Assembly: GCA_910577665.1 (NCBI GenBank)
Contig: CAJTOJ010000007.1
Coordinates: 60,158-124,157, forward strand
Direction: 5' to 3'
Origin: an uncultured Acetatifactor sp.
GTDB lineage: Bacteria; Bacillota; Clostridia; Lachnospirales; Lachnospiraceae
DNA length: 64,000 nucleotides
The notes beneath the pieces were generated by a model that worked only from the letters and a program-made list of their open reading frames with translations, ran no database searches and was not told the DNA's origin. Made by a program: the position numbers and the translations under genes. Every line of letters starts with the position of its first letter. The stretch's first letter is position 1. Shown piece after piece: positions 20,181-30,035 of the stretch.

Positions 20181-22552
20181 GATGATACCCCTTTTGCGCA
20201 CACTTCCAGACATGCCGCTTCGGCGGCAGTGCCATCTTTGATGGAACAAACAATCTTTTTCCTCCGAACGGCATCCCCGGCCATAATCAGGATCACCAGC
20301 AGGGTTACTGCTTCCCCCAACCGCCAGTACCAGGGACTCTCGAAGCCTACTGTCAGCCTGCCGTCAAAGCCTGCCGGGATATCCACCGTCACCTCACCGT
20401 TTTCTCCCGCATAACATTTCAATGCAATCCCTTCTGGAACGGCCCTGGCACGGTATCCTTTGTAATAAAGCAGGGCAAAGGAAGCACTCTCTGTCTTGTC
20501 TCCCGGATTCACCAGATGCGCTTCCGCTTTCAGGGGACCCTTTTCGTATTCCCGGGCTTCCAGATCCCCTGTACACACCGGATCATGGTATATAAACAGT
20601 GCCGGATTCACACCATAAGGCAGGTATTCACCGCCCGCAATGTATCCTGTGCCCATACCCTGGCTGTTATAAAATTTTATCGGAGGCAGTTCCCATGTAA
20701 TATCTTCCATTAAATAAACAGAACCTACAACAAGAAGAAGGCAAATACCACATACATATCCCACACAGAACTTCCTGCTTCCCTCTGTTAACGCATATTT
20801 AACCATGATGCCTGCCACCGCTGTCAGACATACATTTGCTATCATCAATAAACGATTTGGGAACTGGATACTGGAAACCAGGGTGGCAGTCACCTGTCCC
20901 AGATCCTGGATCCTGTCCCACGGGAAACTACTTAAACTCATGCACATGGAAAGCACTCCAAATGTTCCCAGCAATATTCCTAACCCTTTCTCCTCTTTTA
21001 TATGTTCCAACCTGCGGTTAAAAACAAGACATATGAATACCACCAGGGCCACAATCAACACCACTCCAATTCCCATAGGCGCACTGTCATACATTCCCTG
21101 TTGGTCAAAGAACACGCCACTACCAGATCTAGGCCAGGTAAAGAGTAAATGAGCAGGATACAGACCTCTATACTGAATTCTCCTGGCTGACACATGCTGG
21201 ATCACAAAATCCCCTGTGAGCATATAATCCAAAAACGGAACCAGAAACCATGCACTGAGCAGTATGGTATACACCACTGTCTTAGCCAGCACCAAAAAAG
21301 TCGGCCATCGGAATACCCGTCTCCAGAGGACGATGCATAACAGGATGGTAAAAAATCCTACCAGTTCGCAACTAAGCAGATGTGACTGGAGCAACAGGGT
21401 AAATCCGATAGTAAGCGGAACCCAGCTTCGCGCATACTCTTTACTACAGATATCCTGCGTAAATACCCTCCAAAAACCATACACCAGAAGTGGCAGAAGC
21501 ATAATACCCAAACTTTCTCCCAAGGAGCCGCAGATATATGTCTTATAAATCCGATACACAGATAAAGAATAAAGCAAACTGCAAAAAACACCCACATAGG
21601 CCTCGCCAAATATCTTCGTGAAAGCGCAGTATGCTATCAGTACCGTTGCAAAGACGATCGCCAGCATAAAAATTCGGTAACTGGCAGTTACACTGAATCC
21701 TATTAACCGCAACAGCCCTGCTGGATATAGGATGGTCTCCCCATAAAAAATGGGAGAAGCATACCCATATCCCTGCTGCCACTCTGGTGATATTCTCACA
21801 GGAAATACACCTGCCAGTAAGCTGTCCTTGATTCCTTCTACCCGCATCAAATGATACCCTAAGTCACCTGCCGGAAACACATAATCCACCAACAAAGGCA
21901 AAGATGCCAGAACGGTGATGACCCCCAGGCAGAAAGCGACCTTCTTTTTCTTGACTTCTATTCTGTAAGCCTTGTCATACCGAATGTACACATAAATGCC
22001 ATTCCCCAAGGCCAACAGGCAAAGCAGACAAAACAAATCCGTCCGGGCCATGGCATTTGTCTGCTGTATGGTAAGGCCGGATACCACAAGCCTTCCTTCC
22101 CCGCCATATCTCACATACACCCTTGCATCTGTTATCTTTTTATTTGCCCATACCTCTGTATCCGTCTGGTGTAAATCTGCATATAACATTCCACCATTGC
22201 ATTGTAATCTCTCGCTTTCCCCTTTTTCGTCCGCGATATTATAATAATGAATGCTGTTTACATCTACATCATAGTGTATCTGTAGCCTGTATGTTCCTCT
22301 GGGCAGCACAATTCCACTGAATTCTATCAAATTGTCTTCAGTGCCTCCCCCTTCTATGCAGACCCCTCCCGCCTCCTCCAGATACGTACCCCGATTCGCC
22401 TGTATGGAACCTATTCCGTATTCATATACCGCATCCTTTCCGAACAGGTTGAGAATACCCGCCATCAGTAAGGCCGCTTCTGCACCTAACATAAACCGGA
22501 AAGCTCTCTGTTTCCACAGCTTCAGTTCTTTCACTTTCAACCAAAAGCCCAT
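20177..22552 (-). CDS. YfhO/'6-PTPS-related' type GT-C membrane protein (paralogue C)
   Basis: GDLGYHLMRVE, GYGYASPIFYG, LQSH, QFP.R, EYLP, LLYYKGY; collinear with 16454..18739. Confidence 0.75.
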   Translation of the reverse strand: MGFWLKVKELKLWKQRAFRFMLGAEAALLMAGILNLFGKDAVYEYGIGSIQANRGTYLEEAGGVCIEGGGTEDNLIEFSGIVLPRGTYRLQIHYDVDVNSIHYYNIADEKGESERLQCNGGMLYADLHQTDTEVWANKKITDARVYVRYGGEGRLVVSGLTIQQTNAMARTDLFCLLCLLALGNGIYVYIRYDKAYRIEVKKKKVAFCLGVITVLASLPLLVDYVFPAGDLGYHLMRVEGIKDSLLAGVFPVRISPEWQQGYGYASPIFYGETILYPAGLLRLIGFSVTASYRIFMLAIVFATVLIAYCAFTKIFGEAYVGVFCSLLYSLSVYRIYKTYICGSLGESLGIMLLPLLVYGFWRVFTQDICSKEYARSWVPLTIGFTLLLQSHLLSCELVGFFTILLCIVLWRRVFRWPTFLVLAKTVVYTILLSAWFLVPFLDYMLTGDFVIQHVSARRIQYRGLYPAHLLFTWPRSGSGVFFDQQGMYDSAPMGIGVVLIVALVVFICLVFNRRLEHIKEEKGLGILLGTFGVLSMCMSLSSFPWDRIQDLGQVTATLVSSIQFPNRLLMIANVCLTAVAGIMVKYALTEGSRKFCVGYVCGICLLLVVGSVYLMEDITWELPPIKFYNSQGMGTGYIAGGEYLPYGVNPALFIYHDPVCTGDLEAREYEKGPLKAEAHLVNPGDKTESASFALLYYKGYRARAVPEGIALKCYAGENGEVTVDIPAGFDGRLTVGFESPWYWRLGEAVTLLVILIMAGDAVRRKKIVCSIKDGTAAEAACLEVCAKGVSS

Positions 22553-22576
22553 TTTAATAAGTCTCCTTCATTTCCG

Positions 22577-23599
22577 TCACAACCGCTTCTTCCACTTACG
22601 GACAAAACGTTTCAGCAGATACTGATAGTAGAACCTGGTATCTGACAGAAGCTGTATTCCTATCAGGCGTTGTTCTTCCTGCCCTACATATTGTCTGTAA
22701 TACCCATTTTCACAAAACTGCGGGAACCATTCCACCATGCCCTCCCGTAATTCCTTAACAAAAGACCATTTTGGATGTACCACTCCCTGCATATAAGAAA
22801 ATAACGTATTCACATAAAACAGTTCTGTGAACCGATATTCAATCTCGCTTCTAAATTGTCCCAAAGCTCCTCTTTTCTCACATTCCTCTATCATAAGCTC
22901 TGCTGCCTTCATACGATCCCTGCATCTTGCCTCTGTAATGGTATGCACTGTGGAAACGTTGTTCTGATAATAGTAATACAGCGGTTCCTCCACCTTCTCA
23001 AAATGATGGAAATACAGGCTCCATACCACTCCTGCACAATTGTCCTCATAAAAGATTCCTTCCGGAAAGCATAACCTGTTTTCCCGGAGAATATCTGCCC
23101 TGTAGACCTTGATTACCATACTACCCGGCCGCAGGATATGCATTTTATGCTTCTCCTCATCCAGGATTCCTGTCTGCTCCCGGGTATTGTTCTGAACCAC
23201 CTTCCCCACCTGGAAGGTGTGTTCCGTCACCAGACTGTAATCACATCCCACCACATCAGCCCCTGTCTCCCGGGCCTTACCCAGCAGCTTCTCATAGTAG
23301 TCAGCCGTCACCCAGTCATCGCTGTCAATAAAGCCGATCCACTCCCCTCTGGCCGCTTTCAAGCCCTCGTTCTTGGCCCCGCCCTGGCGTCTGTTCACCG
23401 GGTACGTAATCACCCGCACCTTGTCCGGATACCGCTCCTCATATTCCCGCAGGATCTTTAGGGAATTGTCCGTGGAGGCATCATTGACAGCAAGGATCTC
23501 GTAGTCCTCTATGGTCTGGTTTACCAGAGAGTCCATGCAGAACTCCAGTTTTCCACCTGCTGCCATATTATAAACAGGCACAATAACACTTAACTGCAT
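22577..23599 (-). CDS. Soluble GT2 glycosyltransferase
   Basis: Start MQLSVIVPVYN; NDASTD, FIDSDD, FYED; no TM. Confidence 0.9.
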   Translation of the reverse strand: MQLSVIVPVYNMAAGGKLEFCMDSLVNQTIEDYEILAVNDASTDNSLKILREYEERYPDKVRVITYPVNRRQGGAKNEGLKAARGEWIGFIDSDDWVTADYYEKLLGKARETGADVVGCDYSLVTEHTFQVGKVVQNNTREQTGILDEEKHKMHILRPGSMVIKVYRADILRENRLCFPEGIFYEDNCAGVVWSLYFHHFEKVEEPLYYYYQNNVSTVHTITEARCRDRMKAAELMIEECEKRGALGQFRSEIEYRFTELFYVNTLFSYMQGVVHPKWSFVKELREGMVEWFPQFCENGYYRQYVGQEEQRLIGIQLLSDTRFYYQYLLKRFVRKWKKRL

Positions 23600-23600
23600 C

Positions 23601-25346
23601 TCATATATTCCCTCTTTCCAGTGTGGCCTTCCCATTCTCCACCCGGTACACCAGGTCGCATTTTGCTATGGTCTGAAGCCTGTGGGCAATGATGATCAAA
23701 GTCTTCCTGCCGTGCAGCATATTGATGGATTCCATGATGGCAGCCTCGGTATCATTGTCCAGGGCTGAAGTGGCCTCGTCCAGTACCATCACCTCCGGGT
23801 CATGGTAGAGCGCCCTGGCAATACCGATCCGCTGCCGCTGTCCGCCGGAGATACGGATTCCCCGCTCCCCGATGCTGGTGTCAAGGCCCTGGGGCAGGGA
23901 TTTTACAAATTCATCCAACTGAGCCTCATGCAGTACCTCCCAGACCCTTTTTTCATCCACTTTTTCTCTGGGCACACCAAAGGCCACATTACTGCGGATG
24001 GTATCATCCAGCATGAATATCATCTGGGGAATGTACCCGATGTTCTGCAGCCACCCCCTTAAGTGTTCCTTGACAGGTTTCCCATCCGCAAGCACATAGC
24101 CCGACTCCAGTTCCAGCAGGCCCAGCAGAATATCCACAATGGTACTCTTACCTGCCCCGGAAGTGCCCACCACCCCTACGGAGGCTCCCACAGGTATGGT
24201 CATCCGCGCATGGTGGAAAATCCGTTTTTCGGTGCCGGGATACGCATAGGTGATATCCTCCAAGATGATATCCTTTTTTATTGGCAGCTTTTCTTCCTCC
24301 AACGCAAAGGACATGTCCACTTTATCGTTTGCGATCTCATCCTGGAGATTGTCGCTGACCTTCATGAAAGCCGGCTCACAGTAAGCAATGGCATTGATCT
24401 GGTTGCTGATCCGGTTGACGCAGGGCAGCAGCACAAAAGCTGCCGCTGCCAGGGTGGAAAGTACCCCCAGCATGTCCTCCGCAGACACCCCTGTGGCCAC
24501 CTGGAAAATCATGTACCCCACCATGGCCCCGATGCAGGCCGTCTCCAGCAGCAGCTTGGGAATCTGATTATAGAGGCTGTAACGCTGTACTGCGCTCACA
24601 TATCCCCTGCCGCATTTGATATATTCTTCCACGAAATAGGGTTCCTTCCCCCCCACTTTCACTTCCTTGATTCCCTGAACAGTCTGGGATATCCATTTGA
24701 ACAGACCGCTGTAGTAGTCCTGGTTATCCTTGCCCGCCTTATGCATCACCGGCTCCAGCACCTTCTTCACCAGCACCAGGAGCACTAAGAGCACCACAGC
24801 CAGCAGCATTGTCATGGTACCGTTCGTGATAAAACAATAGCTTACAATAAACAGGGACACCACTCCGTCTGACAGAAGCTGTAACAGGGACAGTATCAGT
24901 GCATACATATTATTTACATCGGAAGTGATATTGCGCTGCACCACCGCAGTATCCGCGTTCAAGTAGAACTCATAGCCCCGCCGCAGATAATTACGCATCA
25001 GCCGCTCCGAGGTACGGAACTGATTGGTATACACAAAGGCCAGGGTAAGCTTCTGCTGCACAAAAAGGAAAGCATTTTTGACCACAAAGGTAACAATGAG
25101 CAAAGACAACATGACAATGGAAAAACTTTCATAGCTTTCGCAGCCCATCCATTCATAGAGAGCCGCCACGACTCCATTCTTCTCCAGGGCTCCCGGATCG
25201 ATGACCAGGCCTACTGCCTGCACCAGCATCCCTACCCCTGCTGTCTGCAGGAAAGCACCCACCACCATCAGCACCACCAGCCCCGCCATGATCCTCTTTT
25301 GTTTCTGATCCAGCAATATCCCAAGCTTTTTTACGATCTGCCCCAC
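23601..25346 (-). CDS. ABC exporter (TMD-NBD fusion), PglK/WlaB-like lipid-linked glycan flippase candidate
   Basis: N-terminal TMD, Walker A GTSGAGKS, signature ISGGQRQR, LDEATSALD, H-loop IAHRL; lies between glycosyltransferases. Confidence 0.85.
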   Translation of the reverse strand: MGQIVKKLGILLDQKQKRIMAGLVVLMVVGAFLQTAGVGMLVQAVGLVIDPGALEKNGVVAALYEWMGCESYESFSIVMLSLLIVTFVVKNAFLFVQQKLTLAFVYTNQFRTSERLMRNYLRRGYEFYLNADTAVVQRNITSDVNNMYALILSLLQLLSDGVVSLFIVSYCFITNGTMTMLLAVVLLVLLVLVKKVLEPVMHKAGKDNQDYYSGLFKWISQTVQGIKEVKVGGKEPYFVEEYIKCGRGYVSAVQRYSLYNQIPKLLLETACIGAMVGYMIFQVATGVSAEDMLGVLSTLAAAAFVLLPCVNRISNQINAIAYCEPAFMKVSDNLQDEIANDKVDMSFALEEEKLPIKKDIILEDITYAYPGTEKRIFHHARMTIPVGASVGVVGTSGAGKSTIVDILLGLLELESGYVLADGKPVKEHLRGWLQNIGYIPQMIFMLDDTIRSNVAFGVPREKVDEKRVWEVLHEAQLDEFVKSLPQGLDTSIGERGIRISGGQRQRIGIARALYHDPEVMVLDEATSALDNDTEAAIMESINMLHGRKTLIIIAHRLQTIAKCDLVYRVENGKATLERGNI

Positions 25347-25359
25347 AAACCCATCCTCC

Positions 25360-26490
25360 CTATATCTGTTCGTTCTGCCGGTGGATCAGGGGATCCTCAT
25401 AGGCATCCATGAAGTCTGCCCCCAGCCGCACCGTCTCCTCCGCAAAGGGAAGTCCCTTTACCTCCGTGAATACTCCCACCACCTTCCGGAACCGTAAACC
25501 CGGGAAGAAGCCCAGCATCTCCATGGGAACCGTGGCATCAAACTGGGGATACTCCGGGAAGAGCTTTCTGTAATCCAGGGCATCCCTGGGATGGGGCTTA
25601 ATAAAAATCGTCCCCTCCGACTCGTACCTATGGATAATGTCCCGGAAAATCTTCTCCCGCACCTCCAGGGTACACAGCGGATCCGTAAGCACCAGGATCT
25701 TGTCCCCCACCCTGCTGCTCTCTTCTATCTGACGTTCCAGACCCTCCTTATCCCGGATAAATGCCTTTAGGAGTATCTCCTTATCCTCCGCTGTAAGCCG
25801 GTCCGTAAGGGCTTTCCTAGGCTGTTCGATATACCTGGGGCAGGGATACGCAATGGCCGAAATGTCATTGACTTCCATATCCAGGCAGTACTTCCCATAC
25901 CCGTTCTGTACGAAAATCAGATTCAGGTACATGGAAAGGAATGCTTTCAGTTTAAAATGCCCTCTGTTGTCATACCGGGCAGCGTCAAAGTTCTTCAGGC
26001 AGTTCAGCCCGTCCTCCACCGCATGATAATAGATCCTGTTCTGGTTCAGGTAATAGCCGATGGGATCCGAATCACAGTATACATAGATATCTTCATAGTC
26101 CCTAAAATCCACTGGCACATAGGGTGCTTCCAGCTGTGCATACAGCCTGGTGAAACGGATGCGGCAGTACAGATTGCCCAGAAATCCGCCTCCTCCTTTT
26201 CTCCACTTAGCCAGCTTGGGGAAAAAATCCTCCCGCTTTTCATCAAACTCATAAACATGGCCGAAAAGTCCCGTAGCCTCCACCCGGCTCTTCAGATCTT
26301 CAAAATCATTTGACATTTTGGAGAGCACCAGATCCGCCTTCCCCATCTTACCTGCTGGCCGGGCCGCTTCGCCAGGAACTGTCTTTCCGGAAGCTTCCTC
26401 CTGCTGCTGACTCCTAAGTCGCAGTTCTTTCAGAAACGTCACATACACATGATAATAGGTATGGCACACATAGATCCTGGGCCGCTTCAT
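25360..26490 (-). CDS. Sialyltransferase-like glycosyltransferase (candidate pseudaminyltransferase)
   Basis: Start MKRPRIY; CHTYYH, VEDG and KPHPRD correspond to the (D/E)(D/E)G and HP motifs of bacterial GT-B sialyltransferases. Confidence 0.7.
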   Translation of the reverse strand: MKRPRIYVCHTYYHVYVTFLKELRLRSQQQEEASGKTVPGEAARPAGKMGKADLVLSKMSNDFEDLKSRVEATGLFGHVYEFDEKREDFFPKLAKWRKGGGGFLGNLYCRIRFTRLYAQLEAPYVPVDFRDYEDIYVYCDSDPIGYYLNQNRIYYHAVEDGLNCLKNFDAARYDNRGHFKLKAFLSMYLNLIFVQNGYGKYCLDMEVNDISAIAYPCPRYIEQPRKALTDRLTAEDKEILLKAFIRDKEGLERQIEESSRVGDKILVLTDPLCTLEVREKIFRDIIHRYESEGTIFIKPHPRDALDYRKLFPEYPQFDATVPMEMLGFFPGLRFRKVVGVFTEVKGLPFAEETVRLGADFMDAYEDPLIHRQNEQI

Positions 26491-26606
26491 TCTATCTCCT
26501 GCCTGTTTGTCTGCACCTCTACGCATTCTCACTCCCATCTGCCTGTCTCAATCCAATGACCAGCGCATCCATATCGACCGCTACTTCCAGAAAGGCATTA
26601 TGACAT

Positions 26607-26635
26607 ATTCTACCATAACTTCCCTATTAAGTAAA
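26607..26635 (-). promoter_or_regulatory. Putative sigma-A promoter for the leftward transferase/ABC/pse operon
   Basis: Minus strand TTTACT-N17-TAGAAT with extended TG. Confidence 0.55.
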
Positions 26636-26705
26636 ATTCCGCAAGCATAATTCAAAAATTTTAAGAATACTTATGTTGCTGTGAACGGAGTGAACAGTAA
26701 CATAC

Positions 26706-28556
26706 TTACAGTCCTGTTCCGGTTTCATAGAGCCATACTCCCCAGTAACTGCTCTCCGTCTCAAAGTATCCCAGCAGACTAAGACCCAATTCCTCCGCAT
26801 TCTGGATGATACCGCAGGAAAAAATATAATCACAGCCAAGCTGCCGCAGCGCTTCCATATCAAAATCCAGCCGCTCATATACCACCTGCGTATTCTTCCC
26901 CAGCATCCAGGCATTGCCTGTTGCAGCGTTGAACAGATAGCAGCGGCTCCCCCACTGGTCAAAATAAAGCCTTGTATATTCATTTTTATCCAGTTCCCGG
27001 GCGATTACCTGTCGGAACCTGTGTTTATATTCCAGGGGATAATTATTGGAATAACCGTCAACTGTATAAAAACCATGCATTAAGGCTGGCGCAGGGCTGA
27101 TCCCCAGATGCGCCACCCTGTATCCTTCCATGTCCCGTCCGATGGCATCCTCCAATTGCTGCATCAAGTCCTCTGCATAAAAGCTTTCCCATGAAATATA
27201 TCCCGTAATACCGGAACCATTGTTGATCTGGTTCACATTCATATAGAGATAAGAATTTACTTTGATTTCCTGCAGAGTAGGCAGGAGCAATATAACCAGC
27301 ACAAGCAACCTGGTCACAGGAGACTTGCAGATTCCCTGCCATACTTCTTTTGCCCTAATCCCGTGTCCTGCCTGGACCGGCTCTCCATCCCGGCACTTTG
27401 CCCGGCTTTCCTCTTTGGATTCCGTCCCAGTGCCGTTTCCTGCAACAGGAATCCACCACCACAGGGAAAAGCACAGCATAAATTCCAGATACCAGCCCGC
27501 CGGATACAGCCAGTAAAACCTCTCCAACTGGAAATAATGTATAAAACCCGTACAACTGTTTTTGAATTGTACCACAGGTTCCCATTTACACAATCCATAA
27601 AGCAGAGCAATGCCGCAAAGCAGTAAAAATCCAGTCACTGCGGCCACATACCGCCTCTTCCACTCCTTTTCTTTCCCGCCGAGACATACTCCTGCCACCG
27701 CCAGCATTACCAGAATCGAAATGATCAGCCCCTGGTGCAGGGATTCTGCATGTTGTGCGCTATGCAGGAATACATTCTGCACAGTTTCCCAGAGAGGAGA
27801 AGCATAATTCACCATTTCCTCCCTGTGGCTGACATAATCCCTTCTTCCGAGCAGCACTTCTGCAAACAGACGGTGGTTCACCGCCACATAGACTCCTGTC
27901 AGCAACAGAAAACCATATGCAGGCAGACGATTCCGCTCTTTTTTGATCCACATCCACACCAGTGCAAGGAACCAGATACCCAGTATTGCATACCCGATAA
28001 GTACCAGATGAGAGGTGAGTCCCATGATCAAAAGCATAAAAAGACTGGTGATCAGATGCTTTTTCCGATACAGACACAAAAAGCACCAGAGCGCCAGCGG
28101 CACTCCCACCACAGACATTCCATAGACCGGCTGCCAGGGCAGCATACAGAAGCATCCTCCTGCCACCAGGGCCAGGATACTGCTGCCAGTCATCTCCTTC
28201 ACACAAAAATACATCCCATAAAAAGCCGCCAGAAACAACAGTATATACTGGGCCAGGAAGGCCACCAGCGGATCCAGATACCGGTAAAGCGGCACAAAAA
28301 GAGCAGCAGCCGGCTGCATACCGCTGGGATTTATTCCGCCCAGGATTTCGGGAAATTTTTCAGCTCCTGTCAGAAAATGCCTTCCACTCAACACATATGT
28401 AAGCAAGGTTTCATCCAATTGGTCATGATAAGGGAAAACGCACCCCTGCCCAAGTCTAAAAAAAGGTATAAAATTGAAGATGGCCAAGAGGAAACCCATC
28501 ACCCAGAGCGGAGATCTATCTATACAGGCAATCATTCCATCTAACTTCTTTTTCAT
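26706..28556 (-). CDS. DUF6044-like membrane protein, putative GT-C glycosyltransferase (copy 2)
   Basis: HDQLD, FQLER, DGYSNNYPLEYKH, YFDQWGSRCYLF; collinear with 3071..4927. Confidence 0.7.
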   Translation of the reverse strand: MKKKLDGMIACIDRSPLWVMGFLLAIFNFIPFFRLGQGCVFPYHDQLDETLLTYVLSGRHFLTGAEKFPEILGGINPSGMQPAAALFVPLYRYLDPLVAFLAQYILLFLAAFYGMYFCVKEMTGSSILALVAGGCFCMLPWQPVYGMSVVGVPLALWCFLCLYRKKHLITSLFMLLIMGLTSHLVLIGYAILGIWFLALVWMWIKKERNRLPAYGFLLLTGVYVAVNHRLFAEVLLGRRDYVSHREEMVNYASPLWETVQNVFLHSAQHAESLHQGLIISILVMLAVAGVCLGGKEKEWKRRYVAAVTGFLLLCGIALLYGLCKWEPVVQFKNSCTGFIHYFQLERFYWLYPAGWYLEFMLCFSLWWWIPVAGNGTGTESKEESRAKCRDGEPVQAGHGIRAKEVWQGICKSPVTRLLVLVILLLPTLQEIKVNSYLYMNVNQINNGSGITGYISWESFYAEDLMQQLEDAIGRDMEGYRVAHLGISPAPALMHGFYTVDGYSNNYPLEYKHRFRQVIARELDKNEYTRLYFDQWGSRCYLFNAATGNAWMLGKNTQVVYERLDFDMEALRQLGCDYIFSCGIIQNAEELGLSLLGYFETESSYWGVWLYETGTGL

Positions 28557-28571
28557 GGTTTCAGATTCCTC

Positions 28572-29843
28572 TCACATATACAGCCCCCCGGCAAACAGCA
28601 CTCCAAAATAATCTATCCCACATACCACATGCAGTACAAACAACCCCCACTGTACTGCCAGCGCCCACACCGGTTGCCGCCTTTTTTTTGTATCCTGCAA
28701 CAATATCACCAGACTGGCCAGGTACACGAAAAACATACCATACATATACCCCCACGCAAAGTTCATATGCTCCACCCTGGTACCCTTCTCGTACAAAAAC
28801 ATAAAACTGCATAAACCGACCAGATAGACCTGCCAGGCAAGCCGGTACCAGCCACATTCCTTCTCTCCCCTGCCACATACCAGGGAACCGCTTCCCTCTT
28901 TCTGCCTCCTCTGGTACCTCCATTGGAACACCAGCACCAATAACGGAAAAGCCATCCCCCGCAGGATGCACAGCACCACACTGTCCCCGGCTGTCTCCCA
29001 GGCTTTAAGGAAACCTAACCCGATCCCCTGTCCTGCTTCCCCTTCTCCTCCCACAAATACTCCCTTATACTGGTAAAGCAGATCCAGAAATGTGGGAATA
29101 AAATAGATTCCAAGCTGCCAGAAAGCCTTCCCCCCACGGAACCGGCTGGCAAAAAGACGCCATATCATGATAATTCCACAGGTACATACCAGCACCAGGG
29201 TAAAGCTGGGCTTTGTCATAGTGGCAAAAAGCAGCGCCATGGAAAACAGGAGATATTCCGGACAGAACCATCGTTTATTTCCCTCGTATTTCCCCAGACA
29301 TACCGCTGCCCCCCAGAAAGCCAGCACCGCAAAAGGCCTGGCCGCCAGATAGGTGGCATTATGAAACGGATTAGGGGAAAACGCACCGCTGTAGCGGAAC
29401 AGAAAGTTCTCTTCCAACGGCTCATACCGCCCCAGCCAGGCAAGTGGATAGAGCATGGATGCAAACAGAAGCAGAAACACCGCTATGCAGGCTATTTTCT
29501 TCCACCTGTCATCCCCCTGGCCCAGTCCCAGAAAGCGGTCGGACACCAGCTTTACAATCACGGCATTCAAGCAGTTCAGAACCGTCACCGTAATGGCCAT
29601 GGCATGCTGCGGTGTTGTAAACTGCGCCAGAAACTCCCCGATCCAGAACATAACCGGATAGGGGGTGGCATACTCTGTTGTAATCCCCTGTATCTTCTCA
29701 ATATAAGTGGGGATATCCGACATATATCCACCGCCATAATTGACGGACTGCCTGTGGAACAACACCATGGTCAGTGCAGAATACCCCAAAAACAAAAGCC
29801 CAAAAAGTAGCTCATTGTTCCACTTCTTCCAGAACCGGCCCAT
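28572..29843 (-). CDS. Polytopic membrane protein, 'NPFHNATY' family, putative GT-C (copy 1)
   Basis: Y.SD loop, PYP.F, PNPFHNATY.AARPF, TMTKPSFT, NF.WGYMYG; paralogue of 49771..51141. Confidence 0.65.
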   Translation of the reverse strand: MGRFWKKWNNELLFGLLFLGYSALTMVLFHRQSVNYGGGYMSDIPTYIEKIQGITTEYATPYPVMFWIGEFLAQFTTPQHAMAITVTVLNCLNAVIVKLVSDRFLGLGQGDDRWKKIACIAVFLLLFASMLYPLAWLGRYEPLEENFLFRYSGAFSPNPFHNATYLAARPFAVLAFWGAAVCLGKYEGNKRWFCPEYLLFSMALLFATMTKPSFTLVLVCTCGIIMIWRLFASRFRGGKAFWQLGIYFIPTFLDLLYQYKGVFVGGEGEAGQGIGLGFLKAWETAGDSVVLCILRGMAFPLLVLVFQWRYQRRQKEGSGSLVCGRGEKECGWYRLAWQVYLVGLCSFMFLYEKGTRVEHMNFAWGYMYGMFFVYLASLVILLQDTKKRRQPVWALAVQWGLFVLHVVCGIDYFGVLFAGGLYM

Positions 29844-30035
29844 CTGTCATGCACTCCTTCTTAAAACTACTAATTTCTCTTCTATCTGCCATATAACCGC
29901 CATGTATTCCTCCCATGTGCTCCAAGTACGCGCTTCTCCTTCACTTTCAGCCCGATGGCGTAGAATGGATTTCAACCTGCACAGCAGATGAAAATCCAGG
30001 CATGTCATTTGGCGAAACAGGAATATGACAGCACA

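Noticed and set aside
29850..30030. Short reading frames in the intergenic gap
   Set aside because: No convincing homology or coding signal.
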